From Escherichia coli (GTDB taxonomy: Bacteria; Pseudomonadota; Gammaproteobacteria; Enterobacterales; Enterobacteriaceae): a stretch of DNA of 64,000 bases. Position 1 is the first letter of the stretch. The number at the start of each line of letters is the position of its first letter. This document shows positions 23,063 to 34,296 of this stretch, one piece after another. The notes under the pieces are model-generated. The model made no database searches, was not told the origin of the DNA, and worked only from the letters and a program-made list of their open reading frames with translations. The position numbers were made by a program, and so were the translations under genes. Location of the stretch: NCBI RefSeq assembly GCF_003334405.1, contig NZ_QOWM01000002.1; one strand, given 5' to 3'.

Positions 23063-23070
23063 GGTTCGCT

Positions 23071-25047
23071 ATGTCTGACGACATGTCTATGGGTTTGCCT
23101 TCGTCAGCGGGCGAACACGGTGTACTACGCTCCATGCAGGAGGTTGCAATGAGCTCCCAGGAAGCCAGCAAGATGCTGCGTACTTACAATATTGCCTGGT
23201 GGGGCAATAACTACTATGACGTTAACGAGCTGGGCCACATTAGCGTGTGCCCGGACCCGGACGTCCCGGAAGCTCGCGTCGATCTCGCGCAGTTAGTGAA
23301 AACTCGTGAAGCACAGGGCCAGCGTCTGCCTGCACTGTTCTGTTTCCCACAGATCCTGCAGCACCGTTTGCGTTCCATTAACGCCGCGTTCAAACGTGCG
23401 AGGGAATCCTACGGCTATAACGGCGATTACTTCCTTGTTTATCCGATCAAAGTTAACCAGCACCGCCGCGTGATTGAGTCCCTGATTCATTCGGGCGAAC
23501 CGCTGGGTCTGGAAGCCGGTTCCAAAGCCGAGTTGATGGCAGTACTGGCACATGCTGGCATGACCCGTAGCGTCATCGTCTGCAACGGTTATAAAGACCG
23601 CGAATATATCCGCCTGGCATTAATTGGCGAGAAGATGGGGCACAAGGTCTATCTGGTCATTGAGAAGATGTCAGAAATCGCCATTGTGCTGGATGAAGCA
23701 GAACGTCTGAATGTCGTTCCTCGTCTGGGCGTGCGTGCACGTCTGGCTTCGCAGGGTTCGGGTAAATGGCAGTCCTCCGGCGGGGAAAAATCGAAGTTCG
23801 GCCTGGCTGCGACTCAGGTACTGCAACTGGTTGAAACCCTGCGTGAAGCCGGGCGTCTCGACAGCCTGCAACTACTGCACTTCCACCTCGGTTCGCAGAT
23901 GGCGAATATTCGCGATATCGCGACAGGCGTTCGTGAATCCGCGCGTTTCTATGTGGAACTGCACAAGCTGGGCGTCAATATTCAGTGCTTCGACGTCGGC
24001 GGCGGTCTGGGCGTGGATTATGAAGGTACTCGTTCGCAGTCCGACTGTTCGGTGAACTACGGCCTCAATGAATACGCCAACAACATTATCTGGGCGATTG
24101 GCGATGCGTGTGAAGAAAACGGTCTGCCGCATCCGACGGTAATCACCGAATCGGGTCGTGCGGTGACTGCGCATCACACCGTGCTGGTGTCTAATATCAT
24201 CGGCGTGGAACGTAACGAATACACGGTGCCGACCGCGCCTGCAGAAGATGCGCCGCGCGCGCTGCAAAGCATGTGGGAAACCTGGCAGGAGATGCACGAA
24301 CCGGGAACTCGCCGTTCTCTGCGTGAATGGTTACACGACAGTCAGATGGATCTGCACGACATTCATATCGGCTACTCTTCCGGCATCTTTAGCCTGCAAG
24401 AACGTGCATGGGCTGAGCAGCTTTATTTGAGCATGTGCCATGAAGTGCAAAAGCAGCTGGATCCGCAAAACCGTGCTCATCGTCCGATTATCGACGAGCT
24501 GCAGGAACGTATGGCGGACAAAATGTACGTCAACTTCTCGCTGTTCCAGTCGATGCCGGACGCATGGGGGATCGACCAGTTGTTCCCGGTTCTGCCGCTG
24601 GAAGGGCTGGATCAAGTGCCGGAACGTCGCGCTGTGCTGCTGGATATTACCTGTGACTCTGACGGTGCTATCGACCACTATATTGATGGTGACGGTATTG
24701 CCACGACAATGCCAATGCCGGAGTACGATCCAGAGAATCCGCCGATGCTCGGTTTCTTTATGGTCGGCGCATATCAGGAGATCCTCGGCAACATGCACAA
24801 CCTGTTCGGTGATACCGAAGCGGTTGACGTGTTCGTCTTCCCTGACGGTAGCGTAGAAGTAGAACTGTCTGACGAAGGCGATACCGTGGCGGACATGCTG
24901 CAATATGTACAGCTCGATCCGAAAACGCTGTTAACCCAGTTCCGCGATCAAGTGAAGAAAACCGATCTTGATGCTGAACTGCAACAACAGTTCCTTGAAG
25001 AGTTCGAGGCAGGTTTGTACGGTTATACTTATCTTGAAGATGAGTAA
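23071..25047 (+). CDS. speA: Biosynthetic arginine decarboxylase
   Basis: ORF 23059..25047; start trimmed to [18 protein letters not shown] (658 aa); fold-type III PLP decarboxylase. Confidence 0.95.
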   Translation: MSDDMSMGLPSSAGEHGVLRSMQEVAMSSQEASKMLRTYNIAWWGNNYYDVNELGHISVCPDPDVPEARVDLAQLVKTREAQGQRLPALFCFPQILQHRLRSINAAFKRARESYGYNGDYFLVYPIKVNQHRRVIESLIHSGEPLGLEAGSKAELMAVLAHAGMTRSVIVCNGYKDREYIRLALIGEKMGHKVYLVIEKMSEIAIVLDEAERLNVVPRLGVRARLASQGSGKWQSSGGEKSKFGLAATQVLQLVETLREAGRLDSLQLLHFHLGSQMANIRDIATGVRESARFYVELHKLGVNIQCFDVGGGLGVDYEGTRSQSDCSVNYGLNEYANNIIWAIGDACEENGLPHPTVITESGRAVTAHHTVLVSNIIGVERNEYTVPTAPAEDAPRALQSMWETWQEMHEPGTRRSLREWLHDSQMDLHDIHIGYSSGIFSLQERAWAEQLYLSMCHEVQKQLDPQNRAHRPIIDELQERMADKMYVNFSLFQSMPDAWGIDQLFPVLPLEGLDQVPERRAVLLDITCDSDGAIDHYIDGDGIATTMPMPEYDPENPPMLGFFMVGAYQEILGNMHNLFGDTEAVDVFVFPDGSVEVELSDEGDTVADMLQYVQLDPKTLLTQFRDQVKKTDLDAELQQQFLEEFEAGLYGYTYLEDE

Positions 25048-25114
25048 GTCCTGTGTTACTTGAATCCGCTTAATTTAGCGGTGATAATCCGCCACAATTT
25101 ATTGTGACAAATCC

Positions 25115-25157
25115 AACCCTTCCTCGTCGGGCCTAACGACGCGGAAGGGTTTTTTTA
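25115..25157 (+). terminator. Intercistronic hairpin / partial terminator between speA and speB
   Basis: cccttcctcgtcgggcctaacgacgcggaaggg followed by ttttttt. Confidence 0.65.
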
Positions 25158-25184
25158 TATCGACTTTGTAATAGGAGTCCATCC

Positions 25185-26105
25185 ATGAGCACCTTAGGTC
25201 ATCAATACGATAACTCACTGGTTTCCAATGCCTTTGGTTTTTTACGCCTGCCGATGAACTTCCAGCCGTATGACAGCGATGCAGACTGGGTGATTACTGG
25301 CGTGCCGTTCGATATGGCCACTTCTGGTCGTGCGGGTGGTCGCCACGGTCCGGCAGCGATCCGTCAGGTTTCGACGAATCTGGCCTGGGAACACAACCGC
25401 TTCCCGTGGAATTTCGACATGCGTGAGCGTCTGAACGTCGTGGACTGCGGCGATCTGGTATATGCCTTTGGCGATGCCCGTGAGATGAGCGAAAAGCTGC
25501 AGGCGCACGCCGAGAAGCTGCTGGCTGCCGGTAAGCGTATGCTCTCTTTCGGTGGTGACCACTTTGTTACGCTGCCGCTGCTGCGTGCTCATGCGAAGCA
25601 TTTCGGCAAAATGGCGCTGGTACACTTTGACGCCCACACCGATACCTATGCGAACGGTTGTGAATTTGACCACGGCACTATGTTCTATACCGCGCCGAAA
25701 GAAGGTCTGATCGACCCGAATCATTCCGTGCAGATTGGTATTCGTACCGAGTTTGATAAAGACAACGGCTTTACCGTGCTGGACGCCTGCCAGGTGAACG
25801 ATCGCAGCGTGGATGACGTTATCGCCCAAGTGAAACAGATTGTGGGTGATATGCCGGTTTACCTGACTTTTGATATCGACTGCCTGGATCCTGCTTTTGC
25901 ACCAGGCACCGGTACGCCAGTGATTGGCGGCCTGACCTCCGATCGCGCTATTAAACTGGTACGCGGCCTGAAAGATCTCAACATTGTTGGGATGGACGTA
26001 GTGGAAGTGGCTCCGGCATACGATCAGTCGGAAATCACTGCTCTGGCAGCGGCAACGCTGGCGCTGGAAATGCTGTATATTCAGGCGGCGAAAAAGGGCG
26101 AGTAA
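25185..26105 (+). CDS. speB: Agmatinase
   Basis: 306-aa ORF recognised as SpeB (ureohydrolase family). Confidence 0.95.
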   Translation: MSTLGHQYDNSLVSNAFGFLRLPMNFQPYDSDADWVITGVPFDMATSGRAGGRHGPAAIRQVSTNLAWEHNRFPWNFDMRERLNVVDCGDLVYAFGDAREMSEKLQAHAEKLLAAGKRMLSFGGDHFVTLPLLRAHAKHFGKMALVHFDAHTDTYANGCEFDHGTMFYTAPKEGLIDPNHSVQIGIRTEFDKDNGFTVLDACQVNDRSVDDVIAQVKQIVGDMPVYLTFDIDCLDPAFAPGTGTPVIGGLTSDRAIKLVRGLKDLNIVGMDVVEVAPAYDQSEITALAAATLALEMLYIQAAKKGE

Positions 26106-26109
26106 GCAC

Positions 26110-26305
<196 letters not shown>

Positions 26306-26310
26306 AGGCT

Positions 26311-27069
26311 TTACTTAATCCCATCCGCGCTCATGCGATCGCGAATATGCTGGGCGCGTTCGGCGGATGCAGGATGGTCGTCAAACATTGAGCTTTGGCG
26401 ACCTTCTTCCAGTTTTGCCAGTTTTTCAAAGCTGGTGGCAAGACCTGCCGGGCTGATGCCGCGTTGGCGCAGAAGATCGTAAGAATAATCATCGGCTTCT
26501 GCTTCCTGGCGCTGGGAGAATTGCGAATTGACTAATTTCTCGCCCAGATTACCAAGTTGTGATTGAGATAAACTTCCGACAATCCCGCCCGCAGAGGCCG
26601 CAGCTACTCGCACGGCATTTGTACCAAGTGCCACCTGCATTCCTTTTTTCACATGGCCTAACGCCACGTGCCCCATTTCGTGACCGATCACCGCTTCGAC
26701 TTCGTTATCCGTCATCATATCCATCAGCCCGCTATAGACGCGGATACAGCCGTTAGCCATTGCAAAGGCGTTCACATCCTTCGCCATATACACTTTGTAA
26801 TTTACCGGCTGACCGTTGATATTGTTGCCTAGCGCATTGGCAATAGTTGTCAGACGTTTAGCGTATTCGCTATTGGCTGGCGCAATCGTCGCCTTGCTGT
26901 CCATCTCCTGACATGCCTGATCGCTCAGGGTTTTCACCTGCGCATCACTCAAACTGTAAGCCTGAAAAGCTTCCGCTCCTGATGAGAGCAGTCCGTTGGA
27001 GTCCATATTCTGGCAACCAGTCAGTACCGTTGCCACGCTCATTGCTACCAATAAGGCGCGAATTTTCAT
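26311..27069 (-). CDS. loiP: Metalloprotease LoiP (YggG), M48 family lipoprotein
   Basis: ORF 26311..27288 minus; start trimmed to MKIRALLVAMSVATVLTGC (252 aa); HEMGH zinc motif. Confidence 0.9.
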   Translation of the reverse strand: MKIRALLVAMSVATVLTGCQNMDSNGLLSSGAEAFQAYSLSDAQVKTLSDQACQEMDSKATIAPANSEYAKRLTTIANALGNNINGQPVNYKVYMAKDVNAFAMANGCIRVYSGLMDMMTDNEVEAVIGHEMGHVALGHVKKGMQVALGTNAVRVAAASAGGIVGSLSQSQLGNLGEKLVNSQFSQRQEAEADDYSYDLLRQRGISPAGLATSFEKLAKLEEGRQSSMFDDHPASAERAQHIRDRMSADGIK

Positions 27070-27346
27070 GTTTTCTCTTCCGCACAAGGTCAGGATTATT
27101 CTAAAAATGCGCCGTTTGCAGGTGAATCGACGCTCAGTCTCAGTATAAGGAAAAGCGCAGCGGACGGGCGAGTAGATTGCGCAACATGCGAGCATGATCC
27201 AGAGATTTCTGAAGCGGCAAAAGGATGTTCCATGTACATGACGCGCGGCTTGCGGTAAATTGTTGGCAAATTTTCCGGCGTAGCCCAAAACGCGCTGTCG
27301 TCAAGTCGTTAAGGGCGTGCCCTTCATCATCCGATCTGGAGTCAAA

Positions 27347-29338
27347 ATGTCCTCACGTAAAGAGCTTGCCAATGCTATTCGTGCGCTGAGCATGGACGCA
27401 GTACAGAAAGCCAAATCCGGTCACCCGGGTGCCCCTATGGGTATGGCTGACATTGCCGAAGTCCTGTGGCGTGATTTCCTGAAACACAACCCGCAGAATC
27501 CGTCCTGGGCTGACCGTGACCGCTTCGTGCTGTCCAACGGCCACGGCTCCATGCTGATCTACAGCCTGCTGCACCTCACCGGTTACGATCTGCCGATGGA
27601 AGAACTGAAAAACTTCCGTCAGCTGCACTCTAAAACTCCGGGTCACCCGGAAGTGGGTTACACCGCTGGTGTGGAAACCACCACCGGTCCGCTGGGTCAG
27701 GGTATTGCCAACGCAGTCGGTATGGCGATTGCAGAAAAAACGCTGGCGGCGCAGTTTAACCGTCCGGGCCACGACATTGTCGACCACTACACCTACGCCT
27801 TCATGGGCGACGGCTGCATGATGGAAGGCATCTCCCACGAAGTTTGCTCTCTGGCGGGTACGCTGAAGCTGGGTAAACTGATTGCATTCTACGATGACAA
27901 CGGTATTTCTATCGATGGTCACGTTGAAGGCTGGTTCACCGACGACACCGCAATGCGTTTCGAAGCTTACGGCTGGCACGTTATTCGCGACATCGACGGT
28001 CATGACGCGGCATCTATCAAACGCGCAGTAGAAGAAGCGCGCGCAGTGACTGACAAACCTTCCCTGCTGATGTGCAAAACCATCATCGGTTTCGGTTCCC
28101 CGAACAAAGCCGGTACCCACGACTCCCACGGTGCGCCGCTGGGCGACGCTGAAATTGCCCTGACCCGCGAACAACTGGGCTGGAAATATGCGCCGTTCGA
28201 AATCCCGTCTGAAATCTATGCTCAGTGGGATGCGAAAGAAGCAGGCCAGGCGAAAGAATCCGCATGGAACGAGAAATTCGCTGCTTACGCGAAAGCTTAT
28301 CCGCAGGAAGCCGCTGAATTTACCCGCCGTATGAAAGGCGAAATGCCGTCTGACTTCGACGCTAAAGCGAAAGAGTTCATCGCTAAACTGCAGGCTAATC
28401 CGGCGAAAATCGCCAGCCGTAAAGCGTCTCAGAATGCTATCGAAGCGTTCGGTCCGCTGTTGCCGGAATTCCTCGGCGGTTCTGCTGACCTGGCGCCGTC
28501 TAACCTGACCCTGTGGTCTGGTTCTAAAGCAATCAACGAAGATGCTGCGGGTAACTACATCCACTACGGTGTTCGCGAGTTCGGTATGACCGCGATTGCT
28601 AACGGTATCTCCCTGCACGGTGGCTTCCTGCCGTACACCTCCACCTTCCTGATGTTCGTGGAATACGCACGTAACGCCGTACGTATGGCTGCGCTGATGA
28701 AACAGCGTCAGGTGATGGTTTACACCCACGACTCCATCGGTCTGGGCGAAGACGGCCCGACTCACCAGCCGGTTGAGCAGGTCGCTTCTCTGCGCGTAAC
28801 CCCGAACATGTCTACATGGCGTCCGTGTGACCAGGTTGAATCCGCGGTCGCGTGGAAATACGGTGTTGAGCGTCAGGACGGCCCGACCGCACTGATCCTC
28901 TCCCGTCAGAACCTGGCGCAGCAGGAACGAACTGAAGAGCAACTGGCAAACATCGCGCGCGGTGGTTATGTGCTGAAAGACTGCGCCGGTCAGCCGGAAC
29001 TGATTTTCATCGCTACCGGTTCAGAAGTTGAACTGGCTGTTGCTGCCTACGAAAAACTGACTGCCGAAGGCGTGAAAGCGCGCGTGGTGTCCATGCCGTC
29101 TACCGACGCATTTGACAAGCAGGATGCTGCTTACCGTGAATCCGTACTGCCGAAAGCGGTTACTGCACGCGTTGCTGTAGAAGCGGGTATTGCTGACTAC
29201 TGGTACAAGTATGTTGGCCTGAACGGTGCTATCGTCGGTATGACCACCTTCGGTGAATCTGCTCCGGCAGAGCTGCTGTTTGAAGAGTTCGGCTTCACTG
29301 TTGATAACGTTGTTGCGAAAGCAAAAGAACTGCTGTAA
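27347..29338 (+). CDS. tktA: Transketolase 1
   Basis: ORF 27317..29338; start trimmed to [19 protein letters not shown] (663 aa). Confidence 0.95.
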   Translation: MSSRKELANAIRALSMDAVQKAKSGHPGAPMGMADIAEVLWRDFLKHNPQNPSWADRDRFVLSNGHGSMLIYSLLHLTGYDLPMEELKNFRQLHSKTPGHPEVGYTAGVETTTGPLGQGIANAVGMAIAEKTLAAQFNRPGHDIVDHYTYAFMGDGCMMEGISHEVCSLAGTLKLGKLIAFYDDNGISIDGHVEGWFTDDTAMRFEAYGWHVIRDIDGHDAASIKRAVEEARAVTDKPSLLMCKTIIGFGSPNKAGTHDSHGAPLGDAEIALTREQLGWKYAPFEIPSEIYAQWDAKEAGQAKESAWNEKFAAYAKAYPQEAAEFTRRMKGEMPSDFDAKAKEFIAKLQANPAKIASRKASQNAIEAFGPLLPEFLGGSADLAPSNLTLWSGSKAINEDAAGNYIHYGVREFGMTAIANGISLHGGFLPYTSTFLMFVEYARNAVRMAALMKQRQVMVYTHDSIGLGEDGPTHQPVEQVASLRVTPNMSTWRPCDQVESAVAWKYGVERQDGPTALILSRQNLAQQERTEEQLANIARGGYVLKDCAGQPELIFIATGSEVELAVAAYEKLTAEGVKARVVSMPSTDAFDKQDAAYRESVLPKAVTARVAVEAGIADYWYKYVGLNGAIVGMTTFGESAPAELLFEEFGFTVDNVVAKAKELL

Positions 29339-29352
29339 TTAGCATTTCGGGT

Positions 29353-29382
29353 AAAAAGGTCGCTTCGGCGACCTTTTTTATT
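29353..29382 (+). terminator. Rho-independent terminator after tktA
   Basis: hairpin aaaaaggtcgcttcggcgacc followed by ttttttatt. Confidence 0.85.
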
Positions 29383-29651
29383 ACCTTGATATGTCCGTTT
29401 GCGGACAAGCAATAGATAAGGCGTGTTGTAGATCACAAATATTTATATGCAATAAATATCAATTATGTAATATGCATCACGATATGCGTATTGACATTTG
29501 TTGTTATATCTATAACTCAATGTTATATAAGAAATTAATAATTCACTGTTTTCAAAACACCGGTTTCCCTGCTCAATTGCTTTCATTAAACCGCACGAGT
29601 ATTTTATTTTTACCGCCGGACGGTACCCTAAAAATAAAATAAGGATAATTT

Positions 29652-30095
29652 ATGCGGCTTAGTGATTATTTTCCAGAATCATCAATCTCAGTTATACATT
29701 CAGCAAAATATTGGCAGGAAGCTATCGATTTCTCGATGGTATCATTGCTGGATAAAAACTATATCAGCGAGAATTACATTCAGGCAATTAAAGATTCCAC
29801 CATTAACAATGGCCCTTATTATATTCTCGCACCAGGCGTGGCAATGCCTCATGCGCGACCGGAATGTGGGGCGCTTAAAACCGGGATGTCTTTGACATTA
29901 CTTGAACAAGGTGTTTATTTTCCGGGGAATGACGAACCAATTAAATTACTCATCGGACTCTCTGCTGCCGATGCCGATTCGCACATTGGCGCTATTCAGG
30001 CGTTAAGTGAATTACTGTGCGAAGAAGAAATACTCGAACAACTCTTAACAGCATCATCAGAAAAACAATTAGCGGACATTATCAGCCGCGGATAA
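29652..30095 (+). CDS. cmtB: Cryptic mannitol-type PTS enzyme IIA
   Basis: 147-aa ORF recognised as CmtB (PTS EIIA, fructose/mannitol family); AT-rich. Confidence 0.85.
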   Translation: MRLSDYFPESSISVIHSAKYWQEAIDFSMVSLLDKNYISENYIQAIKDSTINNGPYYILAPGVAMPHARPECGALKTGMSLTLLEQGVYFPGNDEPIKLLIGLSAADADSHIGAIQALSELLCEEEILEQLLTASSEKQLADIISRG

Positions 30096-30122
30096 TTACT
30101 CTCTCCTCTACAGGATAATATT

Positions 30123-31511
30123 ATGGAAAACAAGTCTGCTCGTGCAAAGGTCCAGGCTTTTGGGGGCTTTTTGACTGCAATGGTCATCCCCAATATTGGT
30201 GCTTTTATTGCCTGGGGTTTTATTACTGCGTTATTTATTCCCACCGGTTGGCTGCCTAACGAACATTTCGCCAAAATTGTCGGCCCGATGATTACCTATT
30301 TATTGCCCGTGATGATTGGTTCTACAGGTGGTCATCTGGTCGGCGGTAAACGCGGGGCGGTCATGGGCGGAATAGGTACTATTGGTGTGATCGTTGGCGC
30401 AGAGATCCCGATGTTCCTTGGCTCAATGATCATGGGGCCGCTCGGTGGGTTGGTCATAAAATATGTCGATAAGGCACTGGAAAAACGCATACCTGCCGGT
30501 TTTGAGATGGTTATCAATAACTTCTCATTAGGTATCGCGGGGATGCTCCTTTGTCTGCTGGGTTTTGAAGTTATCGGCCCGGCGGTGTTAATTGCCAATA
30601 CTTTCGTCAAAGAGTGTATTGAGGCGCTGGTACATGCGGGTTATCTGCCATTGTTGTCAGTCATCAATGAACCGGCGAAAGTGCTTTTCCTCAATAATGC
30701 GATCGATCAGGGCGTCTATTATCCGCTGGGAATGCAACAGGCTTCGGTTAACGGTAAATCCATCTTCTTTATGGTGGCCTCTAACCCAGGTCCGGGCCTG
30801 GGGCTGCTGCTGGCGTTTACCTTGTTTGGTAAAGGGATGAGTAAACGTTCTGCGCCCGGGGCGATGATTATTCACTTCCTCGGTGGGATCCACGAACTGT
30901 ATTTCCCGTATGTGCTGATGAAGCCGCTGACCATTATTGCCATGATTGCGGGCGGTATGTCTGGCACCTGGATGTTTAACTTACTGGACGGTGGTCTGGT
31001 GGCTGGCCCAAGTCCGGGGTCTATCTTTGCTTACCTGGCACTGACGCCGAAAGGCTCGTTCCTGGCGACAATTGCCGGTGTTACGGTAGGTACCCTGGTG
31101 TCCTTTGCTATTACTTCGCTGATACTGAAGATGGAAAAAACGGTGGAAACGGAGAGCGAAGATGAGTTTGCTCAGTCAGCCAATGCGGTTAAGGCGATGA
31201 AACAAGAGGGTGCATTCTCGTTAAGCAGGGTTAAGCGTATCGCCTTTGTTTGCGATGCGGGGATGGGCTCCAGTGCGATGGGCGCGACCACCTTCCGTAA
31301 ACGCCTGGAAAAAGCGGGGCTGGCAATTGAAGTAAAACATTACGCCATAGAAAACGTGCCTGCGGATGCGGATATCGTCGTTACTCATGCCAGTCTGGAA
31401 GGGCGCGTGAAACGTGTGACGGATAAACCACTGATATTGATTAATAACTATATTGGCGATCCAAAACTCGACACTTTATTTAATCAATTAACCGCCGAAC
31501 ATAAACACTGA
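30123..31511 (+). CDS. cmtA: Cryptic mannitol-type PTS enzyme IICB
   Basis: 462-aa ORF with polytopic IIC domain and C-terminal IIB domain (FVCDAGMGSS). Confidence 0.85.
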   Translation: MENKSARAKVQAFGGFLTAMVIPNIGAFIAWGFITALFIPTGWLPNEHFAKIVGPMITYLLPVMIGSTGGHLVGGKRGAVMGGIGTIGVIVGAEIPMFLGSMIMGPLGGLVIKYVDKALEKRIPAGFEMVINNFSLGIAGMLLCLLGFEVIGPAVLIANTFVKECIEALVHAGYLPLLSVINEPAKVLFLNNAIDQGVYYPLGMQQASVNGKSIFFMVASNPGPGLGLLLAFTLFGKGMSKRSAPGAMIIHFLGGIHELYFPYVLMKPLTIIAMIAGGMSGTWMFNLLDGGLVAGPSPGSIFAYLALTPKGSFLATIAGVTVGTLVSFAITSLILKMEKTVETESEDEFAQSANAVKAMKQEGAFSLSRVKRIAFVCDAGMGSSAMGATTFRKRLEKAGLAIEVKHYAIENVPADADIVVTHASLEGRVKRVTDKPLILINNYIGDPKLDTLFNQLTAEHKH

Positions 31512-31525
31512 TTACAGAGGTAAAA

Positions 31526-32803
31526 ATGAAAACCAAAGTTGCTGCTATTTATGGCAAGCGGGATGTCCGTCTGCGCGTATTTGAACTGCCAGAAATTACC
31601 GATAATGAATTACTGGTGAGTGTAATTTCTGACAGCGTCTGTTTATCGACCTGGAAAGCGGCGTTACTCGGTAGTGAACATAAACGCGTACCCGACGATT
31701 TAGAAAATCATCCGGTCATTACCGGGCATGAATGTGCCGGGGTTATTGTCGAAGTGGGTAAAAATCTCACTGGCAAATATAAAAAAGGCCAGCGTTTTGT
31801 ATTGCAACCGGCGATGGGGTTACCAAGCGGATATTCAGCGGGCTACAGCTACGAATATTTTGGCGGCAATGCCACTTATATGATTATTCCCGAAATCGCC
31901 ATTAATTTGGGCTGCGTATTACCGTATCACGGCTCTTATTTTGCTGCGGCGTCGCTGGCAGAGCCTATGTGCTGCATTATTGGTGCTTATCATGCCAATT
32001 ATCACACCACGCAATATGTTTATGAGCATCGCATGGGCGTCAAACCTGGCGGCAATATTGCACTGCTGGCGTGTGCAGGTCCGATGGGCATTGGCGCTAT
32101 CGATTACGCCATTAACGGCGGCATACAACCGTCGCGGGTGGTGGTGGTCGATATCGACGACAAACGTCTGGCGCAGGTACAGAAGCTGCTGCCGGTGGAA
32201 CTGGCGGCCAGTAAAGGCATTGAGCTGGTGTATGTGAATACCAAAGGGATGAGCGATCCTGTCCAGATGCTGCGGGCGCTGACAGGAGATGCCGGGTTCG
32301 ATGACATTTTTGTTTATGCGGCGGTGCCTGCTGTCGTTGAGATGGCTGATGAATTACTGGCGGAAGATGGCTGTCTGAACTTCTTTGCCGGGCCGACGGA
32401 TAAAAACTTCAAAGTGCCGTTTAATTTCTACAACGTCCATTACAACAGCACGCACGTCGTCGGTACATCTGGCGGTTCAACGGACGACATGAAAGAGGCG
32501 ATTGCCCTTAGCGCCACTGGGCAGTTACAGCCGTCGTTTATGGTGACCCATATCGGTGGCCTGGATGCGGTGCCAGAAACCGTGCTCAATCTGCCGGATA
32601 TCCCTGGCGGTAAAAAACTCATTTATAACGGCGTGACCATGCCGCTCACTGCCATTGCCGATTTTGCCGAAAAAGGCAAAACCGATCCGCTGTTTAAAGA
32701 GTTGGCGCGGCTGGTTGAGGAAACGCACGGCATCTGGAATGAACAGGCCGAGAAATATCTGCTGGCACAATTTGGCGTTGATATCGGGGAGGCCGCGCAA
32801 TGA
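31526..32803 (+). CDS. yggP: Zinc-dependent dehydrogenase/reductase (MDR family)
   Basis: 425-aa ORF with GHECAG zinc-binding signature and Rossmann GPMG motif. Confidence 0.8.
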   Translation: MKTKVAAIYGKRDVRLRVFELPEITDNELLVSVISDSVCLSTWKAALLGSEHKRVPDDLENHPVITGHECAGVIVEVGKNLTGKYKKGQRFVLQPAMGLPSGYSAGYSYEYFGGNATYMIIPEIAINLGCVLPYHGSYFAAASLAEPMCCIIGAYHANYHTTQYVYEHRMGVKPGGNIALLACAGPMGIGAIDYAINGGIQPSRVVVVDIDDKRLAQVQKLLPVELAASKGIELVYVNTKGMSDPVQMLRALTGDAGFDDIFVYAAVPAVVEMADELLAEDGCLNFFAGPTDKNFKVPFNFYNVHYNSTHVVGTSGGSTDDMKEAIALSATGQLQPSFMVTHIGGLDAVPETVLNLPDIPGGKKLIYNGVTMPLTAIADFAEKGKTDPLFKELARLVEETHGIWNEQAEKYLLAQFGVDIGEAAQ

Positions 32804-33765
32804 TGTCCCTGGCGTGGCCATTATTTCGCGTTACGGAACAGGCAGCGTTGGCTGCCTGGCCGCAAACCGGATGTGGCGACAAAAATAAAATTGATGGCCT
32901 GGCGGTCACCGCGATGCGCCAGGCATTAAACGACGTCGCTTTTCGTGGACGAGTGGTTATCGGCGAAGGAGAAATTGACCATGCGCCGATGCTGTGGATT
33001 GGCGAAGAGGTGGGCAAAGGCGATGGGCCAGAAGTCGATATCGCGGTTGATCCCATTGAAGGCACGCGGATGGTGGCGATGGGGCAGAGCAATGCGCTGG
33101 CGGTCATGGCTTTCGCCCCTCGAGATAGCCTGTTACATGCGCCCGATATGTATATGAAAAAGCTGGTTGTTAATCGGCTGGCGGCGGGCGCGATTGATCT
33201 GTCTTTGCCTCTGACGGACAACCTGCGCAACGTGGCGAAAGCGTTAGGCAAACCGCTGGATAAGCTGCGCATGGTTACGCTGGATAAACCGCGCCTGAGT
33301 GCCGCGATTGAGGAAGCAACACAGCTGGGCGTGAAGGTTTTTGCCCTGCCGGATGGCGATGTCGCCGCCAGCGTGCTGACCTGCTGGCAGGATAATCCTT
33401 ACGATGTGATGTACACCATCGGCGGTGCGCCAGAAGGCGTGATTTCTGCCTGTGCCGTTAAAGCATTAGGCGGGGATATGCAGGCCGAGCTGATTGACTT
33501 TTGCCAGGCTAAAGGGGATTACACGGAAAATCGGCAGATTGCAGAGCAGGAGCGCAAGCGTTGCAAGGCAATGGGCGTTGACGTTAACCGTGTGTACTCG
33601 CTCGATGAACTGGTGAGGGGGAACGATATCCTCTTTAGCGCTACGGGCGTGACGGGCGGTGAGCTGGTGAACGGTATCCAACAGACGGCGAATGGGGTGC
33701 GGACGCAGACATTACTGATCGGCGGCGCGGACCAAACGTGTAATATAATAGACTCCCTGCATTGA
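32800..33765 (+). CDS. yggF: Class II fructose-1,6-bisphosphatase (GlpX paralog)
   Basis: 321-aa ORF recognised as YggF; ATGATG overlap with yggP stop. Confidence 0.85.
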   Translation: MMSLAWPLFRVTEQAALAAWPQTGCGDKNKIDGLAVTAMRQALNDVAFRGRVVIGEGEIDHAPMLWIGEEVGKGDGPEVDIAVDPIEGTRMVAMGQSNALAVMAFAPRDSLLHAPDMYMKKLVVNRLAAGAIDLSLPLTDNLRNVAKALGKPLDKLRMVTLDKPRLSAAIEEATQLGVKVFALPDGDVAASVLTCWQDNPYDVMYTIGGAPEGVISACAVKALGGDMQAELIDFCQAKGDYTENRQIAEQERKRCKAMGVDVNRVYSLDELVRGNDILFSATGVTGGELVNGIQQTANGVRTQTLLIGGADQTCNIIDSLH

Positions 33766-33786
33766 TGGTGATCTATCGGAAGACCA

Positions 33787-34296
33787 ATGGCGACGCTGAC
33801 AGAAGATGATGTGCTTGAGCAACTGGATGCACAGGACAATTTATTTTCATTTATGAAAACTGCGCATACCATTTTGCTCCAGGGGATACGCCAGTTTCTG
33901 CCGTCGCTGTTTGTCGATAACGATGAAGAGATCGTGGAATATGCAGTGAAGCCGTTACTCGCCCAAAGCGGCCCGCTTGACGATATTGATGTTGCACTGC
34001 GTTTGATTTATGCGTTGGGGAAAATGGATAAATGGTTGTACGCCGATATCACGCATTTTTCCCAGTTCTGGCATTACCTGAACGAACAGGATGAAACGCC
34101 CGGATTTGCCGATGACATGACCTGGGATTTTATCAGCAACGTCAATAGCATAACCCGCAATGCGATGCTCTATGACGCGTTAAAAGCGATGAAGTTCGCT
34201 GATTTCTCCGTCTGGTCAGAGGCGCGTTTTAGCGGAATGGTCAAAACGGCGCTGACGCTGGCAGTAACGACCACCTTAAAGGAATTAACGCCGTGA
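33787..34296 (+). CDS. yggD: MtlR-like protein YggD (also called FumE)
   Basis: 169-aa ORF recognised as YggD. Confidence 0.8.
   Translation: MATLTEDDVLEQLDAQDNLFSFMKTAHTILLQGIRQFLPSLFVDNDEEIVEYAVKPLLAQSGPLDDIDVALRLIYALGKMDKWLYADITHFSQFWHYLNEQDETPGFADDMTWDFISNVNSITRNAMLYDALKAMKFADFSVWSEARFSGMVKTALTLAVTTTLKELTP

Noticed and set aside
23872-24903. 141-aa and 190-aa minus-strand ORFs antisense to speA
   Set aside because: Antisense artefacts within speA coding sequence.
27353-28942. 529-aa minus-strand ORF antisense to tktA
   Set aside because: It lies entirely inside a confidently identified, highly conserved gene on the other strand. Long antisense ORFs are expected in GC-rich, codon-biased genes, and the translation is low-complexity, R/V/G-rich and without motifs.
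29391-29642. 83-aa plus-strand ORF in the AT-rich region upstream of cmtB
   Set aside because: Extremely AT-rich with a Cys/Ile/Tyr-rich odd composition and no ribosome-binding site. It more plausibly marks a promoter or silenced regulatory region than a gene.
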